Assembly: GCA_963729605.1 (NCBI GenBank)
Contig: CAVSNY010000002.1
Coordinates: 288,001 to 352,000, forward strand
Direction: 5' to 3'
DNA: 64,000 nt
From: an uncultured Gammaproteobacteria bacterium
GTDB lineage: Bacteria; Pseudomonadota; Gammaproteobacteria; DRLM01
In this document: in pieces, positions 61,612 through 64,000 of the stretch
How the letters are laid out: each line of letters opens with the position of its first letter
Numbering within the stretch: position 1 is the stretch's first letter
Program-made: the position numbers and the translations under genes
The notes under the pieces: model-generated
The model's input: only the letters and a program-made list of their open reading frames with translations
What the model was told of the DNA's origin: nothing
Databases searched by the model: none

Positions 61612-63375
61612 ATGCCCAATACGCCGCCTGATCATCAGATCGTCAGCCTGCCTCAGGCCCTTCCTTTCATCGTGTGGCGCGTCGATCGGCGGCTCATCTT
61701 GAAGGACTACCAAGGTGAGGCTTCCCTGTTGCCCATCCCCGCGGGCGAGGCGCTGGGACAATCGCTGGAGGCGTTTTGTCCCGATGCGTTATTGCAGGTC
61801 CACTATCAGGCCTTGCGCGGCGTCGTGGCCAGTTATGAACAAAGCCTCGCCGGCCGCACTTATCTGATTACGGTGTCGCCGGAGTATGACGCCCGGCGCC
61901 AGATCGTCGGCGGCAAGGCGGTGGCCCTGGACGTCAGCGCCTATAAGGCGGCCGAACATACGGCGGCGGTGTTGCGGAGCCAGGCGGAATCCATACTGCA
62001 CGCCGCCGGTGAAGGTATTTACGGGCTCAATCTCGACGGCAAGGCGAGCTTCGTCAATCCGGCGGCGGAACGCATGACCGGCTGGAGCGCGGAGGAGACC
62101 ATCGGCAAGACCATTCATTATTTGCATCATCACAGCCACGAAGACGGCACGCCCTATCCTCACGAGGAATGTCCGATCTACGCGGCCATCAAAGACGGCG
62201 AGGTGCACCACGTGGAGGACGAGGTGTTCTGGCGCAAGGATGGCGGCTGTTTTCCGGTGGAGTACACCAGCACGCCGATTTACAACCAGGGCAAGCTCGC
62301 CGGCGCGGTGGTGGTGTTCAAGGACACCAGCGAACGCAAGAAGGCCCAGCGCGAATTGTTGACCGCCTTCGAGGAAGTGGCCCGCCTCAAGGAGCAGTTG
62401 CAGGAACAGAACACCTATTTGCAGGAAGAATTGCGCGAGGATAAAAACTTCGGCCAGATTATCGGCACCTCCGCCGCGGTGCGCACCATGCTGAAAAAGG
62501 TCGAGCAGGTGGCCAATACCAATGTCACCGTGTTGATCCTCGGCGAAAGCGGCACCGGCAAGGAGCTGATCGCCCGCGCCGTGCATGACCACAGCGGCCG
62601 GGGCAACATGCCGCTGGTCAAGGTCAATTGCGGCGCCATTTCCGCCGGGCTGGTGGAGAGCGAATTATTCGGCCATGAGAAAGGCGCGTTCACCGGCGCC
62701 CATGAGCGGCGCAAGGGCCGCTTCGAACTGGCCGACGGCGGCACCTTGTTGCTCGACGAGGTGGGAGAACTGCCGCTCGAGACCCAAGTGAAGCTGCTGC
62801 GGGTCTTGCAGGAGCAGGAGTTCGAACGCATCGGCAGCAGCACCTCGATCAAGGTGGACGTGCGCATCATCGCCGCGACCAACCGCGACCTGGCGCAGCG
62901 GGTGGCCGAGGGGACGTTCCGCCGCGATCTGTTTTACCGCCTCAACGTCTTTCCCATCGACGTGCCGCCGCTGCGTGAGCGGGAAGGCGACATCCCGCTG
63001 CTGGCCCGCCATTTCCTCGAGCGGGCGGCCCGTAAATTCGGCAAGCCGCTGCGGGATTTCACCGGCGACAGTCTGGCGGCCTTGCAGCGCTATTCCTGGC
63101 CGGGCAATATCCGCGAGCTGCAAAACGTGATCGAGCGCGCCGCCATCCTCGCGACCGGCAACGGTGTGGACGTGAGCGGCCTGCTGCCCAAGCTCAATCC
63201 GCCGGCCAGCGGCGCCAGCCTGCCCACCCTCGACGACGTGGAGCGCGCCCACATTCAACGGGTGCTGGAGCACACCTCGGGGGTGATCGCCGGACCCAAA
63301 GGCGCCGCCATGATCCTGGGCATGCACCCCAACACCCTCCGCTCGCGGATGGTCAAGCTGGGCATCACCGGCTGA
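61612..63375 (+). CDS. Sigma54-dependent activator (PAS-AAA+-Fis HTH)
   Basis: PAS domain, [28 protein letters not shown] and C-terminal HTH. Confidence 0.93.
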   Translation: MPNTPPDHQIVSLPQALPFIVWRVDRRLILKDYQGEASLLPIPAGEALGQSLEAFCPDALLQVHYQALRGVVASYEQSLAGRTYLITVSPEYDARRQIVGGKAVALDVSAYKAAEHTAAVLRSQAESILHAAGEGIYGLNLDGKASFVNPAAERMTGWSAEETIGKTIHYLHHHSHEDGTPYPHEECPIYAAIKDGEVHHVEDEVFWRKDGGCFPVEYTSTPIYNQGKLAGAVVVFKDTSERKKAQRELLTAFEEVARLKEQLQEQNTYLQEELREDKNFGQIIGTSAAVRTMLKKVEQVANTNVTVLILGESGTGKELIARAVHDHSGRGNMPLVKVNCGAISAGLVESELFGHEKGAFTGAHERRKGRFELADGGTLLLDEVGELPLETQVKLLRVLQEQEFERIGSSTSIKVDVRIIAATNRDLAQRVAEGTFRRDLFYRLNVFPIDVPPLREREGDIPLLARHFLERAARKFGKPLRDFTGDSLAALQRYSWPGNIRELQNVIERAAILATGNGVDVSGLLPKLNPPASGASLPTLDDVERAHIQRVLEHTSGVIAGPKGAAMILGMHPNTLRSRMVKLGITG

Positions 63376-63566
63376 GCGCGGGCGGAATCCCGTATATAAA
63401 ACGAAACGCGGGGATGCCCGCGGGCCGGGTTGAGCGCGCCGGGCCGGGTCATGTCCATCGGCCGGCCGGTAGGGTAAGCTATCCGGGCGTGGAGGGGTGT
63501 GGTTTCGCCCGCTCTTGGCCCTCAAAGTGGGCCGGTCGTTTTATATTTTGTAGAGTTGAATCGCTT

Positions 63567-64000
63567 ATGTCCGAGATCAAATCCTATATGCGGCAGGTGG
63601 GCCAGCGGGCCCGCGCGGCCTCGCGCGCCGTGGCCCGCGCCGACACCGCGGCGAAAAACGCCGCGCTGCTGGCGATGGCCGATCTCATCGACGCGGGCGG
63701 CGCCGAACTGGTCGTCGCCAATGAAGCGGATCTCGCGGCCGCCCGTGCGAGCGGCCTGGATGCGGCCCTGCTCGACCGCCTCACCCTCAACGCCAAAGGC
63801 GTGGCCGCGATGGCCGAAGGCCTGCGCCAGATCGCCGCGCTGTCCGATCCGGTCGGCACCATCACCGAGATGAGTTATCGCCCGTCCGGCATCCAGGTCG
63901 GCAAGATGCGCGTGCCGCTCGGTGTGATCGGCATCATCTACGAGGCGCGGCCCAACGTCACCGCCGACGCGGCCGGGCTCTGTCTCAAGTCGGGCAACGC
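63567..64000 (+). CDS. proA: Gamma-glutamyl phosphate reductase (5' part, runs off the window)
   Basis: [20 protein letters not shown]...LLDRL.L...DPVG...[30 protein letters not shown]. Confidence 0.95.
   Translation, partial: MSEIKSYMRQVGQRARAASRAVARADTAAKNAALLAMADLIDAGGAELVVANEADLAAARASGLDAALLDRLTLNAKGVAAMAEGLRQIAALSDPVGTITEMSYRPSGIQVGKMRVPLGVIGIIYEARPNVTADAAGLCLKSGN

Overview
A GC-rich (about 65%) Gammaproteobacterial chromosome window made mostly of core genes: grxC, arsC, folE, rsmJ, a PhoPQ-like pair, purT, hslO, slt, iscR, a polyphosphate cluster (sixA-CHAD-ppx-ppk1), an ndvB-like glucan synthase, chrA, lexA-imuA, amt, miaB-ybeZ-ybeY-corC-lnt, leuS-lptE-holA and a partial proA. I found no prophage, CRISPR array, rRNA, tRNA or transposase. 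The notable signals lie between or inside genes: (1) a candidate ~160-nt sRNA with a sigma54 promoter, IHF sites, its own terminator and an anti-Shine-Dalgarno motif, divergent from a sigma28-type promoter; (2) seven copies of a hairpin-rich ~150-bp MITE with IS5-like ends and 4-bp target duplications; (3) a ~250-bp patch of about 38% GC in frame inside the LeuRS editing domain; (4) a collapsed pyruvate kinase remnant behind a Pho-box promoter; (5) PhoP-like boxes upstream of a cytochrome c, a lipoprotein paralogue of that cytochrome, an MCP-PilZ fusion and an unannotated 46-aa membrane protein. All calls come from reading the sequence by eye; no database searches were run.
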